DNA of 32,000 nt from the NCBI GenBank assembly GCA_964640155.1, contig CAZXEQ010000003.1, positions 74,189 to 106,188 on the forward strand, in the 5' to 3' direction. This DNA comes from an uncultured bacterium (GTDB lineage: Bacteria > Auribacterota > JACPWU01). The notes beneath the pieces were generated by a model. The model was not told where the DNA came from. It worked only from the letters and a program-made list of their open reading frames with translations, and searched no databases. The position numbers and the translations under genes were made by a program. Below, one piece after another: positions 1 to 10,092 of the stretch. The stretch's first letter is position 1. Each line of letters starts with the position of its first letter.

Positions 1-2004
1 GTTCAGAGGGGGAAGGGCTAAAGCATGGTCTTTAAATATTTCAACAAGTTGTCCTCCTGCTCCAAAAAGAATGACGGGTCCTAATTGAGGATCAGGGCTG
101 CTACCTAGAATGATTTCTAGACCTTCTCTCTTAATCATGGGTTGAACTGTGACGCCTTGAAAATGTTTGGCTCCTTGTTTTTGTGTGATAGAAGTTTGAA
201 TTTCCTGATAAGCCTTCTTTACTTCCAACGCATTTCCAAGATTAAGTTTAACTCCACCAACATCTGTTTTGTGAGTGATGGTGTGAGAGTAAAGTTTAAG
301 TACGACGGGATAACCTAGTTTTTTGGATGTTTCTAAGGCTTCCTCTTCTGTTTTTGCGACTACTGTTTTGACTGTTGGGATACCATAGGCAGAAAGAATT
401 TCTTTTGATTCTGTTTCAGTTAGAAGGGTTCGATTCTCCTGTTGGGCTGAACAAATAATTTTTTGACAAATAATGTGATTTGTTTTTTCTTCATCACTCA
501 GAGGAAGGGAAGGGGTTTCGTATAAACTGTTAAGATTTTTTTCATATTTCCACATATAGTTAAATATTCGTACAGCTGTGTCTGGGTAAGGAAAGGTTGG
601 AATATGAGAGCGGTTTAATAGGGCTTGTCCGGCTGCAACATCCATACCTCCCATCCAGCTTGTTAAAATAGGTTTATTCAAGTGATGTGCTTGCAATGCG
701 AGCTGTTCTGCTGTTTGGGTTGGAAGGGTCATGGCTTGAGGGGTCAAAATCACTAAAAATCCATCGCAAGAGGACTCTTGCGCTACAATTTCTAAAGCTT
801 GTGTGAATCGCTGGGGACTTGCATCCCCTAAAATATCTATTGGGTTGTTATGACTCCACTCCAAAGGTAGAACTTTATTTAAAGCTTCTATGGTTTTTGG
901 AGCTAAAGGGGCAAGTTCCCCTCCACCTGCAATCAGTGCATCTGTAGCAAGTACTCCTGCGCCCCCTGCATTTGTGACAATAGCAAGTTTAGGTCCCTTA
1001 GGACGAGGTTGTTTTGCTAGAACTTCTGACATATAAAAAAGATCAGAAATGGTGTTAACTCTCAAAACACCACTTCGCTTGAATGCTGCTTCAAGGGCTT
1101 CGTCACTCCCTGTCATGGCTCCTGTATGCGAAGCCGCTGCTTTTGCAGCCGCTTCTGTATGGCCTGCTTTAAGGATGATAATGGGCTTGTTAAGAGCAAC
1201 TTCTCTGGCTGCAGATAAAAATGAACGTGCGTCACCGATCGATTCCATATAGATGATGATGCTTCTAGTATGAGGATCATTTCCTAGATAATCAATCATG
1301 TCACCCCACCCGACGTTTAGCATAGATCCCAGTGAGATAAAGGCACTAAATCCAAAATTTTCTTTAATGCTCCAATCTAGAATAGAAGTGCAAAGAGCTC
1401 CGCTTTGACTCACAAATGCAATGCTTCCTGGATTTGCAGAGGCTCGCGCAAAGGTGGCATTGAGTCCCTTTATAGGATTCATAATGCCAAGACAGTTGGG
1501 CCCAATAAGTGGCATTTTCCCTCGCTTTAAATGCTGAAGGATTTTTCCTTCTAGCTGAATACCCTGCGGACCACATTCCTTAAACCCTGCGGATATAACA
1601 ATGGCACTCTTAACTTTTGAATCAATACACTCGCCAATAATGTCAGGAACGGTAGGGGCAGGTGTAACAACAATGGCTAAATCAATAGGATCAGGGATGG
1701 ATGAAATATTTGTATAGCTTTTAATCCCCATCACACTTTTTCGATTTGGATTGACAGGGAAAACAGTGCCTCCAAAAGGAGTGCTGATTAAATTCCAAAG
1801 AATGGTTCTTCCAACGCTCCCAATTCTTTCTGTTGCTCCAATGACAGCAACATTTTTTGGAGAAAAAACAGCATCTAGGGGATGAGGTTGATAGCGCAAA
1901 ATATCATGTGCTGGATCTTGTTTTGATGCAGATTCTAGAGGAGAGGAAATAGGTTTTTTTTGTTCGGAGTTTAATGAGGTTTTGTTTTCTTGTTTTGATT
2001 TCAT
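1..2004 (-). CDS. ADP-forming acetate--CoA ligase / acyl-CoA synthetase family protein (CoA-binding, CoA-ligase and ATP-grasp parts); C-terminus lies beyond the window edge
   Basis: Absent from the ORF track because it runs off the left edge. I checked every minus-strand codon in the frame of ATG 2004..2002 and found no stop down to nt 1. An in-frame stop lies just upstream at 2010..2008. Translation MKSKQENK...[21 protein letters not shown]...[12 protein letters not shown]...FVSQSGAL...[23 protein letters not shown]...[13 protein letters not shown]...DVGGVKLNL carries the family hallmarks. Confidence 0.85.
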   Translation of the reverse strand, partial: MKSKQENKTSLNSEQKKPISSPLESASKQDPAHDILRYQPHPLDAVFSPKNVAVIGATERIGSVGRTILWNLISTPFGGTVFPVNPNRKSVMGIKSYTNISSIPDPIDLAIVVTPAPTVPDIIGECIDSKVKSAIVISAGFKECGPQGIQLEGKILQHLKRGKMPLIGPNCLGIMNPIKGLNATFARASANPGSIAFVSQSGALCTSILDWSIKENFGFSAFISLGSMLNVGWGDMIDYLGNDPHTRSIIIYMESIGDARSFLSAAREVALNKPIIILKAGHTEAAAKAAASHTGAMTGSDEALEAAFKRSGVLRVNTISDLFYMSEVLAKQPRPKGPKLAIVTNAGGAGVLATDALIAGGGELAPLAPKTIEALNKVLPLEWSHNNPIDILGDASPQRFTQALEIVAQESSCDGFLVILTPQAMTLPTQTAEQLALQAHHLNKPILTSWMGGMDVAAGQALLNRSHIPTFPYPDTAVRIFNYMWKYEKNLNSLYETPSLPLSDEEKTNHIICQKIICSAQQENRTLLTETESKEILSAYGIPTVKTVVAKTEEEALETSKKLGYPVVLKLYSHTITHKTDVGGVKLNLGNALEVKKAYQEIQTSITQKQGAKHFQGVTVQPMIKREGLEIILGSSPDPQLGPVILFGAGGQLVEIFKDHALALPPLN

Positions 2005-2042
2005 ATCTTACGTTTTCATTATAATGGATGTCATTCAAAACA

Positions 2043-2060
2043 TTATGATCTAAATCATAA
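2043..2060. promoter_or_regulatory. Palindromic box A, TTATGAT-CTAA-ATCATAA (CRP/FNR-type operator candidate), upstream of the acetyl-CoA synthetase gene
   Basis: Perfect 7+7 inverted repeat with a 4-nt spacer, 39-56 nt upstream of ATG 2004. Same motif as the boxes at 2977, 7745, 10858, 12395 and 12456. Confidence 0.55.
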
Positions 2061-2717
2061 TCAAGAACTAAAAAATGAAAGCAGCTCCTGAGGTACGTTA
2101 ATAAGAGCTTTTGCTCCACTTGTAATGAGTTCTTCAGCAGATCGAAAACCCCATGCGGCACCCACGGGATGCATTCCTGCAGCACAAGCTGTTTGCATGT
2201 CTATTTTGGTGTCTCCAAGAAAAATGAATTGATGGGGAGCTAGTTCACATTTTTGAGCAATTTTAAGGGCTGCTTGAGGATCAGGTTTTTTGGGACTGGT
2301 TTTTAATGCTCCTTGAACGATTTCAAAATTCCATTCAGAAAGGAATTTTTTAACAATCACTTTTGTAAAGTCGTCTGGTTTGTTTGAAAGAATAGATATT
2401 TTAATTTTTTGATGTGCGAGTTCTTTTAATAGCTCTGGAATGCCTTTATAGATTTTAGTTTTACTGGCCCATCGTTTTGCGTATTCTAGGCGCATTAACT
2501 CAACACATTTTTGAATGTTTGAAGGTTGACGGTTGTTTTTGGGTAAGGCTTGCTCAGCTAAATATTCGACTCCTTCGCCTACGAATAACTTATAAGCCGA
2601 AGGCGCATGGGTGGGAAAACCCAGTTGGATGAGAACCTGATTCATAGAATCAGCAAGATCATCAAGTGTATCGAGCAAGGTCCCATCTAAATCAAAGATA
2701 ATGGCTTTATAAGTCAT
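2061..2717 (-). CDS. HAD-superfamily hydrolase, phosphoglycolate-phosphatase-like
   Basis: ORF track, 218 aa. HAD motif I is IIFDLDGTLLDT. ILSNKPD and LGDTKIDMQ resemble the later HAD motifs. An AAGGAAAG Shine-Dalgarno-like sequence precedes the ATG. Confidence 0.85.
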   Translation of the reverse strand: MTYKAIIFDLDGTLLDTLDDLADSMNQVLIQLGFPTHAPSAYKLFVGEGVEYLAEQALPKNNRQPSNIQKCVELMRLEYAKRWASKTKIYKGIPELLKELAHQKIKISILSNKPDDFTKVIVKKFLSEWNFEIVQGALKTSPKKPDPQAALKIAQKCELAPHQFIFLGDTKIDMQTACAAGMHPVGAAWGFRSAEELITSGAKALINVPQELLSFFSS

Positions 2718-2751
2718 TTTTCTTTCCTTCTTAAAGTTAAAATAAAAATAG

Positions 2752-2915
2752 CATGAATCCCGCTAAGAGGCAATCCACGGAGTTACCTCCGTGGATTGCC
2801 TCTTCGCACTCCTTCGAGTGCAGTCCCGATTCATATAAAAAATATCAGGAGGGACGGGGACAGGCGCTCCAGCGCTTGCGTTTACAAGATCCCACGGACG
2901 TAAGTCCATGGAGCT
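2752..2915. repeat. Cluster of GC-rich hairpin/palindromic mini-repeats in a divergent intergenic region
   Basis: Perfect 16-bp stem GAGGCAATCCACGGAG-ttac-CTCCGTGGATTGCCTC (2767..2802). GCACTC-cttc-GAGTGC (2806..2821). GCGCT-cc-AGCGC (2864..2875). CCACGGAC-gtaa-GTCCATGG (2892..2911), related in sequence to the first stem. Markedly more GC-rich than the flanks. Confidence 0.7.
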
Positions 2916-2976
2916 TCAGCTTTATAAAATAAAAAGATATCCCTTTGTAGGGTAGCCCTGGAGTTATTGTGTAGAT

Positions 2977-2992
2977 TATGATCTATGTCATA
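2977..2992. promoter_or_regulatory. Palindromic box B, TATGAT-CTAT-GTCATA, upstream of the hemerythrin/nnrS unit
   Basis: One mismatch from the perfect palindrome. Lies 53-68 nt upstream of ATG 3045. Confidence 0.5.
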
Positions 2993-3044
2993 TTAAGATC
3001 TCTGAACTTTTGTTAGTCTCGGTGAAAAAGGAGGCGAATTTGCT

Positions 3045-3539
3045 ATGTCTACCACTTTAAATGTTGAAGCAAGTGTTGAGGATTTTTTTAAGACAGATCA
3101 TGATCGCTTAGATGATTTATTTTTCCTTTTCCGAAAGTTTAAGAAATCTAATTTTTTAAAATCCATAGAATTTTTAAAAAGATTTGAACACGGACTTTTA
3201 CAGCATATTGCTTTGGAGGAGAAGATCCTTTTTCCTTTATTCGAAAAAAGATCTGGAATGATGGGTGTAGGACCGACCATTGTGCTTAGAAAGGAACATG
3301 AAGTTATTAAGGAAATGGTGAAGACGCTTTGTGATAAGTTTCAAAAAAGAATTTTTCAAGATAATAAAAGTGAAGAACAATTTATTTCTTTTCACTCTCA
3401 ACATCATAAAAAGGAAGAAGGGATTATGTATCCTGCCATTGATGGGATGTTGGAAAAATGGGAAATAGTAGATATTATAAATAAAATTGAAAAAACAAAA
3501 AATATGCTTCATAAGACATGTTCTGGAATGATACCTTGA
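3045..3539 (+). CDS. Hemerythrin-like (HHE cation-binding) domain protein
   Basis: ORF track, 164 aa. Spaced His/Glu motifs HDRLDDLF, HIALEEKILFP, EHEVI and HHKKEEGIMYP fit a hemerythrin four-helix metal site. GGAGG lies upstream of the ATG. Confidence 0.75.
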   Translation: MSTTLNVEASVEDFFKTDHDRLDDLFFLFRKFKKSNFLKSIEFLKRFEHGLLQHIALEEKILFPLFEKRSGMMGVGPTIVLRKEHEVIKEMVKTLCDKFQKRIFQDNKSEEQFISFHSQHHKKEEGIMYPAIDGMLEKWEIVDIINKIEKTKNMLHKTCSGMIP

Positions 3540-4783
3540 AACGTTTGAGAGAAATAATAATTTTGTTTTGTAAGGATCCTTTTCGGTTGTTTTTTCCTTT
3601 AGGTGTCTTGATAGGAATTCTAGGAGTTGGACATTGGGTTTTTTATACGATGGGATGGACGAAAAGCTATTCTGGTTTCTATCATTCAAGTATTCAGATG
3701 CAAGCATATATGGCTTCATTTGTGATAGGGTTTTTGTTAACCAGTCTTCCAAGATTTGCATCTGCTTCCTATGCGACCCTTTGGGAGTTGATGGTTTTTA
3801 TTTTGTGTATTTTGGGTGTTTGGATTGCTGCCTTCTATCAATATTGGATTTTGGCAGAGTTTTTATTTGTGGGATTACTTTTGGCATTAGCCTTTTTTGC
3901 TTTTAGGAGATTTAAAAAGAAGCAAAGTGTTTCAGTCCCTCCTATGGAGTTTATTTGGATTTTAGTAGCTATTTTACATGGTATTCTGGGGAGCCTCCTC
4001 CTCATTTGGGGGCAGAGTAGAGGAGGTGCTACGTTTCTTCTGGGTATAGGCAAGCCCATGGTGGATCAAGGTTTTCTTCTTTCAATTGTTATAGGCGTGG
4101 GTGGTTTTTTATCTCCTCGGCTTATGGGTCATTTTCAACCGAATAAAGATCTTACTCCAAATTTAATTGCTAAATTTCGTCGTTTACGTTTCAAACAATA
4201 TTTTTCATTTGCTACATTACTTTTCTTTAGTTTTATCTTTGAGGGGTTCGGATGGAAAATAAGCGCTTATGCGATTAGAGCTTTGGTTGTGACAAGTATG
4301 CTATTCCTAACTCGTTCTCTTCCGCGTCCTCCAAAAGCTCCAGATATGTACGTCTGGATGATATGGATTTCTATGTGGCTGGTACTTCTGGGAAGCTGGA
4401 GCGTTGTTATTTTCCCTCGTTATCGTATTGAGATGCTTCATATTATTTTTATTGGTGGATTTAGTTTGATGACTTTTGCGGTAGGCACGATGGTGGTCAT
4501 GAGTCATTCAGGTCAGGCTATGCGATTGCGTAAGAGAATGAAAATCCTTTGGGTTATTGCCTTGGGAGTTCTGGGGGCATTGGTTTTTAGAATCCTAGCT
4601 GTTTCTTATCCGAGAAGTTATTTCTTTTTTCTTGGGATAGGATCTTTATTTTGGTTGATGGCAGCTTTAAGCTGGTTTGCCTTTATGCTTCGATATATGT
4701 TAAAAATTCCTGATTTAGAAACCTTTGAAGAGTTTCACGAGGCATCCAAAAAACGTATCTCAGACATGCAACGATCATGTTAA
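3518..4783 (+). CDS. nnrS: NnrS-family integral membrane protein (NO-response associated)
   Basis: ORF track, 421 aa, about 12 hydrophobic segments. The N-terminal DPFRLFFPLGVLIGILGVGHW resembles the NnrS family start. It overlaps the hemerythrin gene by 22 nt, which suggests co-transcription. Confidence 0.6.
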   Translation: MFWNDTLKRLREIIILFCKDPFRLFFPLGVLIGILGVGHWVFYTMGWTKSYSGFYHSSIQMQAYMASFVIGFLLTSLPRFASASYATLWELMVFILCILGVWIAAFYQYWILAEFLFVGLLLALAFFAFRRFKKKQSVSVPPMEFIWILVAILHGILGSLLLIWGQSRGGATFLLGIGKPMVDQGFLLSIVIGVGGFLSPRLMGHFQPNKDLTPNLIAKFRRLRFKQYFSFATLLFFSFIFEGFGWKISAYAIRALVVTSMLFLTRSLPRPPKAPDMYVWMIWISMWLVLLGSWSVVIFPRYRIEMLHIIFIGGFSLMTFAVGTMVVMSHSGQAMRLRKRMKILWVIALGVLGALVFRILAVSYPRSYFFFLGIGSLFWLMAALSWFAFMLRYMLKIPDLETFEEFHEASKKRISDMQRSC

Positions 4784-4805
4784 CTTTTCAGTGAGGGTAA
4801 AATAG

Positions 4806-6128
4806 GTGAAAAAGAATTTTTTTATTCTAATCTTTCTCTTGAGTTTTCTTTGTGTCAATGCATTTGAGGCAAATGCCGAGCAGTGGCATGTACAGTCTTT
4901 GCTTCCAAAATCTGTCGATAAGAAAATAAGTATTTCAGGAGAGTTTCGATATCGTTTGGAATATCGAGATGATTTTGACTTTGACGATGTGAGAGATGAC
5001 AGAGATGTTTTTCATCTTTTTCGCACTCGCTTAAATTTTGAATACAAGCCGTTGCCTTTCCTGAAAGGTTTTATCCAGGGACAAGATGCAAGAATTATAA
5101 GTTCAGAATTTTTGAGTGATAAACCTTTTAGAGATTCTATGGATTTGCGTCAGGGATATGTCGAGATGTACGATGCGATTCACAAGGGTTTTGGATTAAA
5201 GGTTGGAAGGCAAGAATTGTCTTATGGCTCAGAACGACTGCTTGGGGCTTTTAACTGGTCTAATATTGCACAAAGTTTTGATGCTGCTAAAGTCTTTTAT
5301 CAATTCGAATTGGTTAAACTAGACATTTTTATGGCTCGCAAAGTGTTAGTGGAATCTTCCAGAGTCCTCAACGAATGGGATGATAAAGACAACCTTGTGG
5401 GCTTTTACGCTGCTGCCATACCCGTCATAAAAGATCATACCGTTGACGTTTATTATTTTTTTAGAGATAGCAATCGTTCGATTGTTTTTGGTCCTTCGGT
5501 TGGCTCAAGTGATATGAGTGAGTCTACAATGGGGGGGCGTTTCTTGGGGAAACAGCCTTGGGGACTGGATTATCAATTGGAGGGGGCTTATCAGTTTGGA
5601 GATTTTGGTGTTCAGGATATATCTGCCTGGATGTTCATAGGCCTTGTTGGTTATAATTTTCAACTTCCTTGGACGCCTCGTGTTACTTTTGAATTTGATC
5701 ATGCTTCTGGAGATAAACGCTCAGGGGATGGGAAACGAAATACTTTTGATAACCTTTTTCCAGCCAATCACTTGTTTTATGGCTTTATGGATTTGATCGG
5801 ACTTCAGAATATCAACGATTTAGTTTTTACAATGAGTGGCAAGCCTTTGCCCAAATTAATGTTGAAAATGGATACTCACTTCTTTTTTCTAGATGAAACA
5901 ACAGATTCACTTTATTCGGCAGCGCGTTTTCCAACAAGAACATCGAAAATATCTAACGCAAGTCACGAAGTGGGACAAGAAATAGATTTTACTTTGAATT
6001 ATCAATTGAGGCCAGAAATTGCAACCTTGCTGGGGTATTCTTATTTCTTTTCGGGAGATTTTCTCTCAGAGTCTGGGTCTGATGATAATGCTAGTTTTTT
6101 TTATGTTCAGTTAACAGTAGGATTTTAA
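4806..6128 (+). CDS. Outer-membrane beta-barrel protein, alginate-export/porin-like
   Basis: ORF track, 440 aa, GTG start preceded by GAGGG. Sec signal MKKNFFILIFLLSFLCVNAFEANA. Alternating amphipathic strands and a C-terminal ...YVQLTVGF with terminal Phe are typical of OM barrels. Confidence 0.5.
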   Translation: MKKNFFILIFLLSFLCVNAFEANAEQWHVQSLLPKSVDKKISISGEFRYRLEYRDDFDFDDVRDDRDVFHLFRTRLNFEYKPLPFLKGFIQGQDARIISSEFLSDKPFRDSMDLRQGYVEMYDAIHKGFGLKVGRQELSYGSERLLGAFNWSNIAQSFDAAKVFYQFELVKLDIFMARKVLVESSRVLNEWDDKDNLVGFYAAAIPVIKDHTVDVYYFFRDSNRSIVFGPSVGSSDMSESTMGGRFLGKQPWGLDYQLEGAYQFGDFGVQDISAWMFIGLVGYNFQLPWTPRVTFEFDHASGDKRSGDGKRNTFDNLFPANHLFYGFMDLIGLQNINDLVFTMSGKPLPKLMLKMDTHFFFLDETTDSLYSAARFPTRTSKISNASHEVGQEIDFTLNYQLRPEIATLLGYSYFFSGDFLSESGSDDNASFFYVQLTVGF

Positions 6129-6154
6129 ATGTTTGAATATTTCAGGTTTTAAAA

Positions 6155-7399
6155 TTATTCTTCTAATTTCTTTCCCTTGGTCTCGGGGAATGTCCAAATC
6201 CATAACCCTGTGAGTAGTGCGAACAGAGCCGCAATAGAAATGCCTCCACTTAATCCGAATTTTCTAGCGACGATAGCGATAATGACAGGTGTAAAAAATT
6301 GAATTCCCCTTGCCAGATTAAATGCTGAACCCATCGCTGTACTTCGAATAGAGGTTGGAAAAAGTTCTGTAAATAAAGGACCGTAACCTCCAAACATGCC
6401 GGTGCCAAAACCAACTAAAAACATAAAACTTAAAATGAGGGGAGGATAGACTGCAATGATATCCCAAAACAGTGTGATCATGATGAGTCCCATGCTCATG
6501 ATCAAGGAATAGACAGAATAGGTGGGTCTACGCCCCCATTTATCTGCAAAGAAACCAAAAGAAAAATATCCTAGAAAACCGCCAGTTTGAGTGACTAGAA
6601 GCCATAAGGCTGACTTAACCATTGAAAAATGGCGCTGTTCATGTAAATAACCAGGTAGCCATGAATAGGTGAACCAGTAGGCGGACATGTCAAAAACTGC
6701 AAGGATGAGTGAAAGAAAAAATAGTTTCCGATAAGGGGCTCTGAAAAGAATTTGATAGCTCTTTGCTTCTTCTTTCTCAGGATGTTGCTTTTTTCTTTCA
6801 ACCCATAGATCTGATTCAGGAAGTTTTTTTCGAATAAAAACAACAAGCAGGGCAGGGAGCACCGAAACAAAAAAACACATTCTCCAACCAAGATGAGGCG
6901 CAACAAAACCGCCTATTAAAGAAGCAAGGGCTACTCCCACAGGGGCTCCTGTTTGCATAAATGCACCGTAACGCCCTCTAACTTTTGCAGGAAATGTTTC
7001 TCCTATGTATGTTTGACCTGTAGCCCATTCTCCTCCGACTCCTAGTCCGGTGATAATTCTAAAAAACATAAGCCATGGAAGATTGAAGGCCAAGCCACTT
7101 AGGAATGTGCCTATGCTGTATGTCAAAATTGTCCATTGAAGAATTTTTTTTCGTCCAAAACGATCCGAAAGAATTCCAAAAATAACTCCTCCCAAGGCTG
7201 TAGCCGCCAGAGATGCCCCAAGAATATAGGAAAGCTCAATATGGTTCAGATGAAGTTCTTGGCCAATAGGAATCAGTAGGAACGTGTAGAGAATGAGATC
7301 ATAAAAGTCGAACACCCATCCTGCCCAGCTCATCAGCAGGATTTTGAAATGTATTTTTGTCGGCTTTTCATAATCTTTGAGCATGACTGAGTAAGTCAT
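6155..7399 (-). CDS. MFS transporter (sugar-porter / metabolite:H+ symporter-like)
   Basis: ORF track, 414 aa, 12 predicted TM segments. Loop motifs SDRFGRKK and ADKWGRRP sit in the two halves. Confidence 0.85.
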   Translation of the reverse strand: MTYSVMLKDYEKPTKIHFKILLMSWAGWVFDFYDLILYTFLLIPIGQELHLNHIELSYILGASLAATALGGVIFGILSDRFGRKKILQWTILTYSIGTFLSGLAFNLPWLMFFRIITGLGVGGEWATGQTYIGETFPAKVRGRYGAFMQTGAPVGVALASLIGGFVAPHLGWRMCFFVSVLPALLVVFIRKKLPESDLWVERKKQHPEKEEAKSYQILFRAPYRKLFFLSLILAVFDMSAYWFTYSWLPGYLHEQRHFSMVKSALWLLVTQTGGFLGYFSFGFFADKWGRRPTYSVYSLIMSMGLIMITLFWDIIAVYPPLILSFMFLVGFGTGMFGGYGPLFTELFPTSIRSTAMGSAFNLARGIQFFTPVIIAIVARKFGLSGGISIAALFALLTGLWIWTFPETKGKKLEE

Positions 7400-7436
7400 A
7401 ATCTTACCATCTCAATAGTGATACTTTAAAGGAATC

Positions 7437-7694
7437 TTATTGATCTGCTGCTTGATCAAAAGTAGGGGCTTTAAATTCAGCCACATTTTCTCTGCAGCAA
7501 ATGCTAAACCCACATAAATCTGATTGGACAATGTCTTGGGCCAGCACATCATGAATTGCTTTATGGATTCTCTGCTTGCAGGTATGACTTAAGTTTAATG
7601 CGTGCTCTTCTTCAATGACTGACTCTATTTTCTCTTCGATTTCTTGTATAAGGGTATTAAGGGTTAGATCAAGTTTGATGAAAAGCCGGGACAT
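7437..7694 (-). CDS. Small hypothetical protein (85 aa, Cys/His-containing)
   Basis: ORF track. A strong AAAGGAGG Shine-Dalgarno sequence lies 5 nt before the ATG, and palindromic box C lies 51-68 nt upstream. I recognised no family. Confidence 0.5.
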   Translation of the reverse strand: MSRLFIKLDLTLNTLIQEIEEKIESVIEEEHALNLSHTCKQRIHKAIHDVLAQDIVQSDLCGFSICCRENVAEFKAPTFDQAADQ

Positions 7695-7744
7695 ATTATC
7701 CTCCTTTCCTACGAGTTAATTATGAAGAGATCAGTATCTGAATC

Positions 7745-7762
7745 CTATGATATGGATCATAG
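7745..7762. promoter_or_regulatory. Palindromic box C, CTATGAT-ATGG-ATCATAG, upstream of the small ORF/MFS unit
   Basis: Perfect 7+7 inverted repeat with a 4-nt spacer. Confidence 0.55.
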
Positions 7763-7803
7763 AGATTTAATCGGGCAGATTTAGATGCTGAAACGAGAGT
7801 TGA

Positions 7804-8382
7804 TTAAATGATGTAAAGACTTATAAAAACTACAATCCAGACAATGTCTACAAAATGCCAATACATAGATCCAACATGAATGGCATTATGATGATGTTCT
7901 GTATTGATGCGACGCATGGTTTGAATGAGAAGAAAAACCAGAAGCAAGATTCCAATGAGTACATGTAGACCATGAAATCCTGTGATAGTGAAAAATACAG
8001 AGGCAAAGGCTCCGGTTTGGGGGACTAAGCCCTCATGAATGAGTCGAATCCATTCTAAAGCCTGAAGGCTTAGAAAACCAGAGCCTAAGACGAGGGTAAT
8101 GAGAAGATGAAAAATAAGTTTTTTCTGGTTTTTGGCAGAAATATTTTTCTGGGCTCGATGTATAAAAATGCTACTGGATAGAAGTATGACGGTATTGATG
8201 GATGTTAGTAAAAGGGGTAAATGGGGTAATTGTGGAGGAGGCCATGAAGAACTTGCAAATCGAAGGACAATGTATGCGGATAATAGTGTCGCAAACATCA
8301 TGACTTCTGTTCCTAAAAATAAAAGCATTCCAGTAGTCGAAATGACTTTTCTTTTTTGGGTAGAAACTTCTTCAAAGCTCAT
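7804..8382 (-). CDS. ctaE: Heme-copper (cytochrome c) oxidase subunit III
   Basis: ORF track, 192 aa. TGFHGLHVLIG and YWHFVDIVW motifs, 5 TM segments. Confidence 0.85.
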   Translation of the reverse strand: MSFEEVSTQKRKVISTTGMLLFLGTEVMMFATLLSAYIVLRFASSSWPPPQLPHLPLLLTSINTVILLSSSIFIHRAQKNISAKNQKKLIFHLLITLVLGSGFLSLQALEWIRLIHEGLVPQTGAFASVFFTITGFHGLHVLIGILLLVFLLIQTMRRINTEHHHNAIHVGSMYWHFVDIVWIVVFISLYII

Positions 8383-8394
8383 AACATCACCTTT

Positions 8395-10092
8395 TTACTT
8401 CACTTTCAGGATTTCGGATTGTGCAAGCCAGTCTTTACTTTCAAGTTCAGGTCGACTGTATTCGCTGGGTCCATGGTAGACAACGGGAATATTTTCAAAA
8501 TTGTGATGAGGAACAGGAGTGGAAACAGTCCATTCTAATGTGGTTGCATGCCAGGGATTGGCTTCAGCTTTTTTTCCAAAAAATAGACCCCAGAAAAAAT
8601 TAAAAATAAAAAGAAGTTGTGAACTGCCTAGAATAAAGGCTGCCCAGCTAATTTTGATGTTGAGGGGTTGAAAACGTTTTAAAAAATCATAAACCGTTGG
8701 ATCTGCAATTCTTCTCATCATTCCACCGATTCCTAAGAAAAACATTCCAAAGAAAACATAGCAGAGCGAAATAAATGTAATCCAGAAATGAATTTTAGCA
8801 ATTCCATCAGAGGTGTAACGGCCAAACATTTTTGGAAACCAATAATAAATGGCAGCAAAGCTTGCAAATAATACAGATGCTGCAAGTGTGAAATGAAAAT
8901 GGCCTACCACAAAGTAGGTATCATGAATGTAAACATCAATGGCTTGTGAAGCATTAAAAATTCCTGTTAATCCTCCGAGGGCGAATACTACAATCAAACC
9001 CAAGCAAAAGTGCATGGGAACGGTAAAACGCAAACTTCCTTTCCATAAAGTACCCAGCCAATTTAAAAAGAAGATAGAAGAAGGAATGCTTACCAGAAAA
9101 GTGGTATACATGAAAATCTTTCCTAAACTGCCACTCATGCCACTGGGGTACATGTGGTGAGCCCAAACAATGCCACTTAAAACTGAAATAATCCCCATAG
9201 AAATAACAGTGGCCTTATAGCCGAATATGGGTTTTCTTGAAAATACAGCTAGAAGATCCGAAACAATGCCCCAAGCAGGAAGAATCAAAATATAAACTTC
9301 AGGATGTCCAAAAGCCCAGAAAAGATGTTGGTAAAGGAGAACTTGCCCTCCGGTAGGTGACAGAGAGCCGACGCTAAAAAAAGTTGTTCCCGCAATTCTA
9401 TCTAAAAGAAGGAGGACAAGAGTAATAGCGACTACGGGAACAAAAACTGCATTCAAAATAGCTGTATAAAAAAGCCCCCAGATGGTTAATGGAAGTCTTG
9501 TAAAGTTCATACCTGGGGCGCGTAACATAATGATGGTCGTGATGTAATTAACAGAACCTGCAAGTGTCGATAGTCCGGCAATAGCAAGACTCAAAATCCA
9601 TAAAATTTGACCTCCATGAGGTGTAAAAAGACTCGCCAAGGGAGGATAAGAGGTCCATCCAGCTTGAGCTGCTCCTCCTTTGACAAAAAAAGAAAGAGTC
9701 ATCAACAAACTAGAAGGAATCATCAGCCAGAAAGAAAGCATGTTAAGTTTTGGAAAGGCCATATCCCGCGCACCAATTTGTAATGGAATTAAATAATTTC
9801 CAAGCGCTCCAATTAAAATGGGGGTTACAGCGAAAAATACCATGATCGTCCCATGCATGGTAACAAGCATATTGTAGCTTTCTGGAGCGAGTACCCCTTT
9901 GAGGGCTGGAAAAATTAATTTTCCAATGATAGGGATGGGTTTAAAAGGATAAGCCAATTGCCAGCGAATGACCATGGCCATGAAACCTCCAACCAATAGA
10001 AAGAAAAGGCCTGTAAATAGAAATTGCTTTCCAATCACTTTATGGTCTGTAGAGAAGATGTATTTTTTTAGAAAATTTTTCATGTTTACCAT
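8395..10092 (-). CDS. ctaD: Heme-copper oxidase subunit I (A-type)
   Basis: ORF track, 565 aa. WAFGHPEVYILILP (CuB His and cross-link Tyr), WAHHMY and VGHFHF motifs. Confidence 0.95.
   Translation of the reverse strand: MVNMKNFLKKYIFSTDHKVIGKQFLFTGLFFLLVGGFMAMVIRWQLAYPFKPIPIIGKLIFPALKGVLAPESYNMLVTMHGTIMVFFAVTPILIGALGNYLIPLQIGARDMAFPKLNMLSFWLMIPSSLLMTLSFFVKGGAAQAGWTSYPPLASLFTPHGGQILWILSLAIAGLSTLAGSVNYITTIIMLRAPGMNFTRLPLTIWGLFYTAILNAVFVPVVAITLVLLLLDRIAGTTFFSVGSLSPTGGQVLLYQHLFWAFGHPEVYILILPAWGIVSDLLAVFSRKPIFGYKATVISMGIISVLSGIVWAHHMYPSGMSGSLGKIFMYTTFLVSIPSSIFFLNWLGTLWKGSLRFTVPMHFCLGLIVVFALGGLTGIFNASQAIDVYIHDTYFVVGHFHFTLAASVLFASFAAIYYWFPKMFGRYTSDGIAKIHFWITFISLCYVFFGMFFLGIGGMMRRIADPTVYDFLKRFQPLNIKISWAAFILGSSQLLFIFNFFWGLFFGKKAEANPWHATTLEWTVSTPVPHHNFENIPVVYHGPSEYSRPELESKDWLAQSEILKVK

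Noticed and set aside
1049-2185. Track ORFs 1049..1252 (+), 1364..1576 (-) and 1904..2185 (-)
   Set aside because: They overlap, in other frames, the 668-codon acetyl-CoA-synthetase frame that I verified to be open from 2004 to nt 1. The last one also bridges the intergenic box A.
2767-2802. The perfect 16-bp hairpin as a Rho-independent terminator
   Set aside because: Both flanking genes are transcribed away from it, and no U-tract follows on either strand. It is better explained as a repeat element.
3237-3761. 174-aa minus-strand ORF overlapping the hemerythrin and nnrS genes
   Set aside because: It is antisense to two ORFs with clear family motifs, is Phe/Asn/Lys-rich as expected from AT-rich antisense sequence, and has no ribosome-binding site.
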